Below, piece by piece: positions 29,271 to 38,854 of a stretch of DNA of 64,000 nucleotides; the first letter of the stretch is position 1, and the number at the start of each line of letters is the position of its first letter. The position numbers and the translations under genes are program-made. The DNA is from Candidatus Nomurabacteria bacterium. Its GTDB lineage: Bacteria > Patescibacteriota > Minisyncoccia > Phycocordibacterales > UBA9973. A model generated the notes under the pieces. That model saw nothing but the letters and a program-made list of their open reading frames with translations. It searched no databases and had not been told where the DNA came from. The stretch covers positions 1,957 to 65,956 of the forward strand of contig JAPLXR010000007.1 in the NCBI GenBank assembly GCA_026395955.1. The letters are read 5' to 3'.

Positions 29271-31109
29271 ATGTCGATATTTGATTCATTATTTGGAAAA
29301 AAGAAAACAGGAAAAGATGCCACCAGGGCTTCTGTTTTAGCCGTATTACCAGAAGAAATATATGAATCAGCAACACTAGAACTCCAAGATATAATAGCCC
29401 CTTCAGCATTAAAAGTAGAACCGAAATCATTAAACTTAGGGGATAAAATAGCTCGTACATTTTTCGTTATTTCTTATCCTAGATTCCTCACAGACAATTG
29501 GTTTTCTCCAATCATTAACTTGGATAAAATTTTTGATGTTGCTATCTATATACACCCAATAGATACATCATTAGCATTACGTGAATTTCAAAAGAAGGTT
29601 GCTGAAGTACAAAGTCAGATAAATGCTCGTGAATCAAAAGGTATGGTTCGTGATCCTATGCTTGATACTGCGAACGAAGATTTGGAAAATCTTCGTGACA
29701 GTTTAATGCAGGCACAAGAAAAGATGTTTGATGTTGGATTATATATTACTATTTATGCCGACAATGACCTAGAATTATTTAAAATAGAAAGTGAAATAAA
29801 ATCTATCCTAGAATCAAAACTTATTTATTTAAAACCTGCCTTATTCCAACAAGATGAAGGTTTTAAAAGTGTTATACCGATAGGTAATGATACTCTAAAT
29901 GTTCATCAAAAATTAAATTCTGAGCCATTATCGAGTATTTTTCCATTCGTTTCTTTCGACCTTACATCAGACAAAGGTATTTTGTACGGTTTAAACAGGC
30001 ACAATTCAAGTCTCGTTATCTTCGATAGATTTTCTCTCGAAAACTATAACTCTGTTATGTTCGCAAAGTCTGGATCCGGAAAATCATATTTTACAAAACT
30101 AGAAATTCTTCGTTCTCTAATGTTTGAAACAGATGTTATTGTTATTGACCCTGAAAGGGAATATGAATTCTTAGCAGAAGCTGTAGGTGGTAGATATTTT
30201 AATATCTCACTTTCTTCTGACCACCATATCAATCCTTTTGATTTACCTATACCACGTGAAGACGAAACAGCTGCTGATGTTTTACGTTCAAACATCATCA
30301 ACCTTGTTGGTTTATTTCGTCTCATGCTAGGAGGACTTACACCGGAAGAAGATTCATTAGTAGATCGTGCTATTTCTGAAACTTATGCAATCAAAGACAT
30401 AACTCCTGATTCTGATTTTTCAAATATTGAACCACCACTTCTTTCAGACTTTGAAATGGTTCTTTCTGGCATGGAAAACAGTGAGTCAGTTATTCAACGT
30501 TTAGTTAAATACACACGTGGATCTTGGTCTACATTCTTAAACAAACCATCAAACGTAGATATTAATAGAAAATTCATAGTTTTCTCTGTACGTGATATGG
30601 AAGATGAATTAAAACCTATCGCGATGTATATAGTTACACACTTTATATGGAATGCTGTACGTAAAAATCTTAAAAAGAGATTACTGGTGGTTGACGAGGC
30701 TTGGTGGATGATGAAAAGTGAAGACACTGCTTCATTCCTTTATAGTATTGCAAAAAGAGGTAGAAAATATTATTTAGGGCTTGCTACTATTACTCAAGAT
30801 GCGGCAGACTTTATGAAATCTCCATACGGAGCACCTATTGTTACAAACTCTTCTATTCAAATACTATTAAAACAATCTCCATCTACAATAGACATTCTAC
30901 AAAAAACATTCAACTTAACAGATGAAGAAAAATATCTCTTACTTGAATCCGGAGTGGGGGAGGGTATATTCTTCGCCGGAACAAAACACGTTGCTTTGAA
31001 AGTAATATCTTCATATACAGAAGACCAGATTATTACTTCTGATCCATCACAAATATTATCTATAAAGAAGGCGAAACAAGAGCTAGCGGAAGCAGAAGGT
31101 AAGAAATAA
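29271..31109 (+). CDS. VirB4/TraC-family T4SS ATPase (central and C-terminal ATPase domains)
   Basis: Walker A AKSGSGKSYF (30061-30090), Walker B LLVVDEAWWMM; pilus-assembly/conjugal ATPase context. Confidence 0.7.
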   Translation: MSIFDSLFGKKKTGKDATRASVLAVLPEEIYESATLELQDIIAPSALKVEPKSLNLGDKIARTFFVISYPRFLTDNWFSPIINLDKIFDVAIYIHPIDTSLALREFQKKVAEVQSQINARESKGMVRDPMLDTANEDLENLRDSLMQAQEKMFDVGLYITIYADNDLELFKIESEIKSILESKLIYLKPALFQQDEGFKSVIPIGNDTLNVHQKLNSEPLSSIFPFVSFDLTSDKGILYGLNRHNSSLVIFDRFSLENYNSVMFAKSGSGKSYFTKLEILRSLMFETDVIVIDPEREYEFLAEAVGGRYFNISLSSDHHINPFDLPIPREDETAADVLRSNIINLVGLFRLMLGGLTPEEDSLVDRAISETYAIKDITPDSDFSNIEPPLLSDFEMVLSGMENSESVIQRLVKYTRGSWSTFLNKPSNVDINRKFIVFSVRDMEDELKPIAMYIVTHFIWNAVRKNLKKRLLVVDEAWWMMKSEDTASFLYSIAKRGRKYYLGLATITQDAADFMKSPYGAPIVTNSSIQILLKQSPSTIDILQKTFNLTDEEKYLLLESGVGEGIFFAGTKHVALKVISSYTEDQIITSDPSQILSIKKAKQELAEAEGKK

Positions 31110-31163
31110 AAATAAAAGATTTTAGTCTTTTATAACTTATGATTATAGGTTATAATAAATAGA

Positions 31164-32144
31164 ATGATAAAAAGGTTCAAAATTTCAGCTATTATATTTA
31201 CTTTAATGTTTTTTGCTTTTTCTGCTCATGCAGAAGTACATAATAGTGATATTATTTTAAATACATCGCCTAGATTTCCTAATCCAAATCAAAATGTTAA
31301 GGCAAGTGTCAGCACTTATGCAACAGATTTAAATAAGGCAAACATATCTTGGTCTATAAATGGAAAAGAGTCTGCAGTTGGTGTAGGTAAAAAAGATTTT
31401 ACTTTTACAATGGGAAATGTCGGTGAATCTTTGAGCCTCGAAGCTAAAATAGAAACAGTTGAAGGACAGAGTATTAATAAAAATATTCTTTTAACTCCAG
31501 CTGAAGTAGACATGCTTTGGGAGGGTTATGATTCATACACACCACCTTTTTATCGTGGAAAAACATTAGTTCCAGAAGAGGGAACTTTTAAAGTCGTTGC
31601 TATGCCAAACCTAACAACAACATACGGACACATGAATCCAGAAAATCTATCTTATATATGGAAACAAGATGATAATGGCCAACCACAAGCTTCTGGTTGG
31701 GGTAAGAATTATTATACTTTCAAAAATAGTTATTTAGATAAAAACAATAAAATAGAAGTAACTGCTTCTGACATAACAGGTGCGACTAATGCAACAGGGA
31801 ATCTAACTTTATATACAGCAAATCCTGAAATACTTTTTTATGAAAACAATCCAAATCTAGGTATAAATTATAGCTCTGTAATAAACAATGGTTTCAATAT
31901 AAATAAAAAAGGAGAGACTTTTGTGGTAGAACCTTATTTCTTTGAACCAAGAGATTTAAGTTCTCCAAACCTACAATTCGATTGGTCAATAAATGACACA
32001 CAAACAGCTACGCCAACTCCTAAGAATTTTCTATCTATAAAACCAGACCCAAATCAATCCGGAAGTGCTAAAATAAACATATCGATTAATAATGCAAAAA
32101 CACTTTTCCAAAGTTTAACCAAAGAATTAAATGTTAATTTTTAA
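31164..32144 (+). CDS. Secreted protein (326 aa), unknown function
   Basis: Signal peptide (AIIFTLMFFAFSAHA); stop overlaps the start region of the next gene. Confidence 0.55.
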   Translation: MIKRFKISAIIFTLMFFAFSAHAEVHNSDIILNTSPRFPNPNQNVKASVSTYATDLNKANISWSINGKESAVGVGKKDFTFTMGNVGESLSLEAKIETVEGQSINKNILLTPAEVDMLWEGYDSYTPPFYRGKTLVPEEGTFKVVAMPNLTTTYGHMNPENLSYIWKQDDNGQPQASGWGKNYYTFKNSYLDKNNKIEVTASDITGATNATGNLTLYTANPEILFYENNPNLGINYSSVINNGFNINKKGETFVVEPYFFEPRDLSSPNLQFDWSINDTQTATPTPKNFLSIKPDPNQSGSAKINISINNAKTLFQSLTKELNVNF

Positions 32145-32145
32145 T

Positions 32146-33981
32146 ATGAAAAAAATAATCTCAAAAATTTTAATAAGCACTATACTTGCTTCTATTGTGT
32201 TTGGGTTTTTTGTATTTAATCCTAAAACATCTTTTGCTACAGGCACTTGTACAGTTCAATCTGCGACATTTACTCCAAACGGAACTCAGGTTGCTGCATG
32301 GTATCATGATGGACACGAACCAGAAGTACTGGTTGATATAGTAACAACAAACTGTGAAGGGCAAACAATACAGGCATCTATTCGAGCTACAATACAACAG
32401 CAAAGCATTGCAGCATTAAACAGAAAGGATATTATCGTACCTGCAAGCAATCACATGATCATCCATATGAAGGCAGGAGAAGATACTTGTACTAGTATTG
32501 GCCACTCTTCTACTACCCCGGATTGTACCTTCTTTATTGCTGTATACCTCCCAGGAACATTAGTAACACCTGATTACGAAACTAACTCGCAAGCAACAAC
32601 TGCAGGTAAATTACTGTATAAATGTGACGGTTATTGTACTACTGCCAACTGGCAATTTCTCTACGTTGATCGAGTGGGTGGGCAAGTATCTTTTGATACA
32701 AACAGTTTTATTACCCAAGTCAACACCACAGCAGCTAATTTGAGTCTGATCATTCTAACTACCGAAGACGGCTATGTGAACAACTCAGCTGGTGTAACAT
32801 TAACCGATGCTACTGGTGCAGTAATCGGAACCGAACAACTTGTTCCTATAGCAAATAATACAGCGACTCAAACAGTGCATGCTCAATTTCCTAATCTTAC
32901 TGCGGGAGCAAGTTACGCATGGCGTGCGCACATCACTAAAAGTGACACAAATGTAATTAAAAGTATTACGAAAACATTTACCTTACAAGATAGTTCACAT
33001 AATGGTCAACCTCTTACAAGTGGCACTGCTCCGCAATTAGACACGGGCCACCTGGATGATACATCTTCTTCTGTAAACACTAATACCGATTATTATCCAT
33101 TAGCACCATTACCAGGAGTAGGGGTGGTGTGTTCAAATAATCCAGATACAAACGACCCGACAAATAAAAATTGTATTCATACACAAAAAGATGAATCTAC
33201 AAACCCTTGTCCTTTTGGAGATTATTTAAATGCTTTAATAAAAATATTTATCGGTATTTGTGCAGTCTTAGCTTTTATAATGATCGTTCTCGGTGGAATA
33301 GAATATATCACAAGCGAGCTCATCTCTAATAAGGCAGAAGGCAAGAAGCGCATAACCGGCGCAATATTCGGTCTCATTCTCGCTCTTGCTTCTTATGCAT
33401 TACTTAACACAATCAATCCTGCAGTGTTACAGGTTTGTTTAAATCAATTGCCTCAAGCAACAGTAACAATAGGTGGTGATACAAATACTCCAATTGCTAG
33501 CAACATAACAGGTACACTTCCTTCTGGGATAGTATGTACTAGTGGACAATCAAACATACCAGCTATTGCAAATAGTTTTGCTGGTAAGATGACTTATCTT
33601 ATGGGAGCAAAAGGAACTCCAGGACCAAACAACACAATACAACTTGATTGTTCTGGTTTCGTAAACTATGTATTAAAATGCGCTGGTGTACCATTTATAA
33701 ACGGAGGTACAGCAAATATCTTTAGTGGAGCTGAAAATGTAACTTCGATTTCTGGAAGTTCAGTAAATGGTCAAGCATTACATATAGGAGATTTATTAGG
33801 ATGGATGCCAGGAGAACTAGGAAATAAATACGGAGGCTCAGGTCACGTAATGATATATATAGGAAATAGCAGTGTTCAAGCAGCAGATTCTCATGGAGGA
33901 TCTTCTGTTGGAAATGCATTAGGAGTATTTCCAATAACAAAGTATGCAACAGATATTAAACACATTAAAAGAGCACCATAA
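32146..33981 (+). CDS. Secreted/membrane protein with C-terminal NlpC/P60 (CHAP-like) cell-wall hydrolase domain; candidate VirB1-like hydrolase
   Basis: Signal peptide; TM pair near IFIGICAVLAFIMIVLGG...GAIFGLILALASYALL; catalytic Cys in LDCSGFV and His in GHVMIY. Confidence 0.65.
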   Translation: MKKIISKILISTILASIVFGFFVFNPKTSFATGTCTVQSATFTPNGTQVAAWYHDGHEPEVLVDIVTTNCEGQTIQASIRATIQQQSIAALNRKDIIVPASNHMIIHMKAGEDTCTSIGHSSTTPDCTFFIAVYLPGTLVTPDYETNSQATTAGKLLYKCDGYCTTANWQFLYVDRVGGQVSFDTNSFITQVNTTAANLSLIILTTEDGYVNNSAGVTLTDATGAVIGTEQLVPIANNTATQTVHAQFPNLTAGASYAWRAHITKSDTNVIKSITKTFTLQDSSHNGQPLTSGTAPQLDTGHLDDTSSSVNTNTDYYPLAPLPGVGVVCSNNPDTNDPTNKNCIHTQKDESTNPCPFGDYLNALIKIFIGICAVLAFIMIVLGGIEYITSELISNKAEGKKRITGAIFGLILALASYALLNTINPAVLQVCLNQLPQATVTIGGDTNTPIASNITGTLPSGIVCTSGQSNIPAIANSFAGKMTYLMGAKGTPGPNNTIQLDCSGFVNYVLKCAGVPFINGGTANIFSGAENVTSISGSSVNGQALHIGDLLGWMPGELGNKYGGSGHVMIYIGNSSVQAADSHGGSSVGNALGVFPITKYATDIKHIKRAP

Positions 33982-33989
33982 ATTATAAT

Positions 33990-35363
33990 ATGCAAAAAAG
34001 AAACGTAATACTTTTAATAATCACTCTCGGGGCCATCACACTTGGTTTCTTTATATATTTATATATGTTCCCAAGCACAAAACCATTAACACAAAACACA
34101 GATTCAGGTTCTTTTAATTTCTTTCCATTTGGAAGTACTCCTAAAAAGGGGACTACAGACAATCCGGCAAACATATCAGGAATAATTACAAATAACCCAT
34201 TAACAGACAATCCAGTTGTAAATAACGCAAAAATAAAAAAAATCTCTAGTTTCCCTGTAGCAGGTTATGGTATATATAACAAACAAATTTTCCAAAACAT
34301 ACCACTAGAGACACCTTCATCAACTCCAATGATAGATCAAACAGCTACAAGTACACCAAAAAAGGCAGTAGCTAAAACACCAGCAGTAAAACCTACACCA
34401 CCACCTACGATACTCGTCACCACAGTTAGATACGTAAACAAAGAAACAGGTAACATATACCAAACACCAGCAGATAATATCAGCGAGACAAAATACACAG
34501 CAACAATAATTCCAAAAATATATGAATCATTTTTTGCAAACAATTCTGGTCAAGTTATAATGCGTTATTTAAAAGAAGACTATAAGACAATAGAAACTTA
34601 TCTAGGAACACTCCCTGTAGAAGTTCTAGGAGGGGACTCAACAAACACAAATGAAATAAAAGGTTCTTTCTTGCCAGAAAACATTACAGACATGAGTGTT
34701 TCTCCAGACGAAAGTAATATTTTTTACTTAATAAATTCTAATAATTCTACAGTAGGTGTCACAGCAGGAGCATTAGGAGACAAGAAGACTCAAATATTTA
34801 ATTCTGCTTTTAATGGTTGGATTACACAATGGCCAAATGCAAAAATAATTACAATTACAACAAAAGCTGCAGCGGGTTATCCTGGATATATGTATTCAAT
34901 AGATCCATCAATGAAAACTATAAATAAAGTTATTGGTGGAATAAGTGGCCTTACAACACTCATGAGTCCTTCAGGAAATTTTGTTCTATACAATACTTCA
35001 AATAATGGAACAGTTAGTCTAAATATTTATCACACAGATACAGGCAATTCAGATCAATTGGGAATAAAAACTTTACCAGAAAAATGTGTTTGGGCTAAAG
35101 CAAGTAGTTCTCTATACTGTGCAGTTCCTCGTTTTATGGATAGTGCTAAATATCCAGATGACTGGTATAAAGGATTAATTTCTTTTGGAGATGAAATTTG
35201 GAAAGTAGATTTAACTAATGGAAATGCAAAGAAAATAGCAGACTCAGTACAAACAACAGGGGAGGAAGTAGATGGAATAAAATTAGGAATAGATGATGGA
35301 GAAAATTATTTATTCTTCATAAACAAAAAAGACGGCTATCTCTGGGAATTGAATTTAAAATAA
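33990..35363 (+). CDS. N-terminally anchored extracytoplasmic protein (457 aa), unknown function
   Basis: Single N-terminal TM, then Thr/Pro-rich linker and a beta-rich domain; last gene of the island. Confidence 0.55.
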   Translation: MQKRNVILLIITLGAITLGFFIYLYMFPSTKPLTQNTDSGSFNFFPFGSTPKKGTTDNPANISGIITNNPLTDNPVVNNAKIKKISSFPVAGYGIYNKQIFQNIPLETPSSTPMIDQTATSTPKKAVAKTPAVKPTPPPTILVTTVRYVNKETGNIYQTPADNISETKYTATIIPKIYESFFANNSGQVIMRYLKEDYKTIETYLGTLPVEVLGGDSTNTNEIKGSFLPENITDMSVSPDESNIFYLINSNNSTVGVTAGALGDKKTQIFNSAFNGWITQWPNAKIITITTKAAAGYPGYMYSIDPSMKTINKVIGGISGLTTLMSPSGNFVLYNTSNNGTVSLNIYHTDTGNSDQLGIKTLPEKCVWAKASSSLYCAVPRFMDSAKYPDDWYKGLISFGDEIWKVDLTNGNAKKIADSVQTTGEEVDGIKLGIDDGENYLFFINKKDGYLWELNLK

Positions 35364-35368
35364 TATAA

Positions 35369-35396
35369 AAAACCGGCATTGCCGGTTTTTTATATA
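35369..35396. terminator. Bidirectional terminator between convergent genes
   Basis: aaaaaCCGGCAttGCCGGtttttt. Confidence 0.7.
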
Positions 35397-35875
35397 TTAC
35401 CTATATATTTAATAACTACATGACGACTTGGTCCAAAACCAGCTGATTCAGATTTTAAATCAGAATGATTTGAAACATATTCATGAACAATACGGCGATC
35501 AAAAGCTGACATTGGCTCCACTTCAACACTAGACTGAAAATAACGAGCTCTTTCGGCAATCATATGAGCGACAGCTTTAACACTTTCAACTCTTTTCTTT
35601 TGAAGATCTCCAATATCTATCAATATACCTTCATGTCCACCTTCTATATTTTCATTTAAAACAGGTTGGTTCTTTTCAAGAACCCTTTTAACCAAGTGAT
35701 TCAAGGCATGCAACGCTTCACCTTCACGATTAGTAAAAAAATGAGGTTGATCTACTATGATAGAGTACCATGTTGTTTTAGAATTTTCAGGAGTTTCAAC
35801 AATAATATCAGAAACAGTTATATTCATATTTTGAATAATGTCTTTTATTAAATTTTGAATTTCTTGTTTATTCAT
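35390..35875 (-). CDS. jag: Jag/KhpB-like RNA-binding protein (KH plus R3H domains)
   Basis: R3H signature SAFDRRIVHEYV...GFGPSRHVVI; gene order jag-yidC-yidD-rnpA-rpmH. Confidence 0.85.
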   Translation of the reverse strand: MNKQEIQNLIKDIIQNMNITVSDIIVETPENSKTTWYSIIVDQPHFFTNREGEALHALNHLVKRVLEKNQPVLNENIEGGHEGILIDIGDLQKKRVESVKAVAHMIAERARYFQSSVEVEPMSAFDRRIVHEYVSNHSDLKSESAGFGPSRHVVIKYIGNI

Positions 35876-35889
35876 AATATTTTAAAAAA

Positions 35890-36609
35890 TTACTTGATAA
35901 CTAAATTCTTGTTTTTCTTATTAACATGGATTTGTTGAAAGACAGTAAAAACATTACTTGTAATCCAATATAAGGCAATTGCACCAGAAATACGGTAAGC
36001 AATAAAGGTGATAAGGATAGGGAAGACGTATTTCATCTGCATTTGCATACTTCGAGCAAAACTTTCTTGGAAAGAATTACCTCCAGTGTCTGGAGTATTT
36101 GGTTTTGGCATATAATAAGCCTGGAAGAATTGTGACGCACCGGCCAAAATAGCTAAGATTAAACTCTTACTAGCTAAGTCTATACCTAGGAAATACATAT
36201 TTATCTTTGCTGGAATATGAACAAAAGAATATAAAATATCAGCATTAAAATCTATACCCTTAAAGAAAACATAATATAAAGCTAAAATAATAGGAATTTG
36301 TATAAAAACTAAAAGACAACCAGAAAATGGATTGGTCTTGTATTCTTTATATAATTCGAAAGTCTTTTTAGCTTGTTCTTCTTTGTTTAAACCAGAAGCT
36401 TTAATCTTTGCTATCTCTGGCTCTAAAAGCTTCATTTTTGACTGAGATTCAATAGAGCGACGAGAAAGGGGAATAAGTGCTGTTTTAACTAAAAGAGTTA
36501 ATAAAATAACAGCAATACCAACATTTCCACCAGGAATAAAAGAAACAATTAAGGCCAAAGCATTAACAAAAGGTTTATATAAAATTGAATTCCAAAGATT
36601 ATGTAACAT
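35890..36609 (-). CDS. yidC: Membrane protein insertase YidC (short form)
   Basis: 239 aa, 5 TM segments, motifs PLSRRS...QSKMKLLEPEIAKIK and NPFSGCL. Confidence 0.9.
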   Translation of the reverse strand: MLHNLWNSILYKPFVNALALIVSFIPGGNVGIAVILLTLLVKTALIPLSRRSIESQSKMKLLEPEIAKIKASGLNKEEQAKKTFELYKEYKTNPFSGCLLVFIQIPIILALYYVFFKGIDFNADILYSFVHIPAKINMYFLGIDLASKSLILAILAGASQFFQAYYMPKPNTPDTGGNSFQESFARSMQMQMKYVFPILITFIAYRISGAIALYWITSNVFTVFQQIHVNKKNKNLVIK

Positions 36610-36645
36610 TCTCTCATTCTACTCTAGAATTATAAAAAATCAAAG

Positions 36646-36864
36646 TTACTTTAATGGATCTATATGGTTTTTTTGCCAAGGGTGACAACGGAGAATACGT
36701 AAGATACTTAAATATAAACCTTTTAATACACCATATTTTTCAAAGGCTTGTTTTGAATATTCAGAGCAAGTAGGATAAAAAATGCAATTACCCTTATTTT
36801 TTAAGGGTGATATGCTTTTTTGGTAAAAATTAATGAATTTTATTAAGTATTTCTTTAATTTCAT
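36646..36864 (-). CDS. yidD: Membrane protein insertion efficiency factor YidD
   Basis: ISPL...CIFYPTCSEYSKQAFEKYG...RCHPW motif. Confidence 0.9.
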   Translation of the reverse strand: MKLKKYLIKFINFYQKSISPLKNKGNCIFYPTCSEYSKQAFEKYGVLKGLYLSILRILRCHPWQKNHIDPLK

Positions 36865-37192
36865 TTTCTAAATTTAATGTTGGATTATAAAGCTTATTTT
36901 TCTTTTTACCAAAGATATCAAGACTCTTTTTACCAAATACAAATACTCCTGTAGTATTTTTAGGTAATAAATCAAAATATTTTCTAATAACGGCATAACC
37001 ACGACGACGTAATAAATTTCTTCCTACAGCTCTTTTACAAACACTTTTAGGTGCAGTAAAAGAAATTTGAGGGGAGTCTATTTCAGGATACTTTATATAT
37101 TTAAAGGATAAATTAGTAGAATTAACAAAACAGCCTTGTTTAAAGACTTTTTCAACCGTTTTACGGTCAGTTCTGTTTTTTTGAGTTAGCAT
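36830..37192 (-). CDS. rnpA: RNase P protein component RnpA
   Basis: Basic 120-aa protein overlapping yidD start, directly downstream of rpmH; RNR-like LRRRGYAV. Confidence 0.85.
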   Translation of the reverse strand: MLTQKNRTDRKTVEKVFKQGCFVNSTNLSFKYIKYPEIDSPQISFTAPKSVCKRAVGRNLLRRRGYAVIRKYFDLLPKNTTGVFVFGKKSLDIFGKKKNKLYNPTLNLENEIKEILNKIH

Positions 37193-37206
37193 ACGCTAAA
37201 ATAAGC

Positions 37207-37341
37207 TTATACTGCAAGCTTTTTTCGTCCTTTTTGTAAACGACGCTTTAGAACAGCTTTACCATTTTTAGTCTTTGAACGGACTAAGAAGCCGTGAGTT
37301 GTTGCTCTTTTTCTCTTTTTAGGTTGGTATGTTTGTGACAT
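37207..37341 (-). CDS. rpmH: 50S ribosomal protein L34
   Basis: Reverse-strand translation [44 protein letters not shown], 44 aa; absent from the ORF table because under 60 aa. Confidence 0.9.
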   Translation of the reverse strand: MSQTYQPKKRKRATTHGFLVRSKTKNGKAVLKRRLQKGRKKLAV

Positions 37342-37415
37342 ATTTATATACTATAATATTTTTATTTAAAAATCAAGAAATAACTATATAAATCATTAAT
37401 ATTAGAGTAGCTGAG

Positions 37416-37424
37416 TTATCCACA
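37416..37424 (+). promoter_or_regulatory. Consensus DnaA box TTATCCACA upstream of dnaA
   Basis: Exact 9-mer in the rpmH-dnaA intergenic region. Confidence 0.6.
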
Positions 37425-37492
37425 GTTTATAAACATGGTTAATAAGTTTTAGTAATTTCCTTTGAAACACGAGAGCGGGTATAATAGTAAGC

Positions 37493-38854
37493 ATGATTGA
37501 TGCAAAAGAACTTTGGAGAAAGTGTTTAGGTGAAATAGAAAATGAAGTTTCAAAAGCTAATTTTAGTACATGGTTTAAAAATACTTGTATATTAAAAGAG
37601 GACACGGGTGTTATATATATTGGTGTACCAAATGAGTTTGTTCGTGATTGGTTAAAAAATAAATATCACAAATTAATAACTAAAACTATTGCTGATTTCT
37701 ATGATTCAATGAGAGCAGTAGAATACTCTATCACTAAAATAGATAGCTTACAAAAAGATGTACAAATAGGAGGAGAATCTAATCAACAAAATACAAACAA
37801 GGAACTTCCATTGAAAGATCTTTATATAAACAAAGACGATAATTTAAATCCTAGATATAGATTTGATTCCTTTATTGTTGGACCATTTAATGAATTAGCC
37901 TATTCAGCTGCTCAAAATATCGTTGCAAAACCAGGAATGAATTATAATCCATTCTTCGTTTATGGTGGAACAGGTTTAGGAAAAACTCATTTACTCCAAG
38001 CAATAGGCAACGCTATAAAAGAAAAGTATCAAGATAAAAAAGTTCATTATATAACTCTTGAGAAATTTGCTACAGATTTAGTTAATTCTTTCCAAGCAGG
38101 GAACAATAAAGCAAATGCATTTAAAGAAAAATATCGTAAATATGATTTATTAATCATAGACGATATTCAATTCATTGGAAAAATGGAAAAAACTCAAGAA
38201 GAACTTTTTCATACATTTAATACTTTTCACGAAAACAATAAACAAATAGTTTTTTCTTCTGATAAACATCCGAACTTTATTCCAGGACTCGAAGACAGAT
38301 TGAAGTCTCGTTTTTCTGCTGGAATGATTGTAGATATTTCAGAACCAGAATATGAATCTCGTTTGGCTATTTTAAAAGTTAAATTACAAGAACTTGGAAT
38401 AACACTAGAAGACGAATTAGTTCAATATGTAGCTGAAGCTATTCAAGGGAATATTCGTGAATTAGAAGGTTCTCTAAACACAATAATAGCCCAATTACGC
38501 CTTAAAAATAGACCTATTTCAGTAAATGAAGTTAAAAATTTAATTAAAAATAATATTAAACCAAAGAAGAATGTAGCTATTAAAGAAATAGTAAAGATTG
38601 TTGCTGATTTTTATAACTTAGAAGAAGCAGAAATATACGAAAAAACTCGTCGTAAAGAAATAGTAAGAGCTAGACAAGTAGTTATGTATGTACTTCGTGA
38701 AGATTTTAATATTTCTTATCCTTTAATAGGACAAAAACTCGGGGGTAAAGATCACACTACAGTTATTCATTCACATTTAAAAATAAAATCTGATTTAAAA
38801 ACTGATCCGAGTTTGGTCCAAGATTTAGAACAGATAAGAGTATTATTTAAGTAG
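37493..38854 (+). CDS. dnaA: Chromosomal replication initiator DnaA
   Basis: Walker A GGTGLGKTHL, Walker B LLIIDDIQF, sensor/arginine-finger region and C-terminal DNA-binding helix (VMYVLRED...GGKDHTTVIHS). Confidence 0.95.
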   Translation: MIDAKELWRKCLGEIENEVSKANFSTWFKNTCILKEDTGVIYIGVPNEFVRDWLKNKYHKLITKTIADFYDSMRAVEYSITKIDSLQKDVQIGGESNQQNTNKELPLKDLYINKDDNLNPRYRFDSFIVGPFNELAYSAAQNIVAKPGMNYNPFFVYGGTGLGKTHLLQAIGNAIKEKYQDKKVHYITLEKFATDLVNSFQAGNNKANAFKEKYRKYDLLIIDDIQFIGKMEKTQEELFHTFNTFHENNKQIVFSSDKHPNFIPGLEDRLKSRFSAGMIVDISEPEYESRLAILKVKLQELGITLEDELVQYVAEAIQGNIRELEGSLNTIIAQLRLKNRPISVNEVKNLIKNNIKPKKNVAIKEIVKIVADFYNLEEAEIYEKTRRKEIVRARQVVMYVLREDFNISYPLIGQKLGGKDHTTVIHSHLKIKSDLKTDPSLVQDLEQIRVLFK

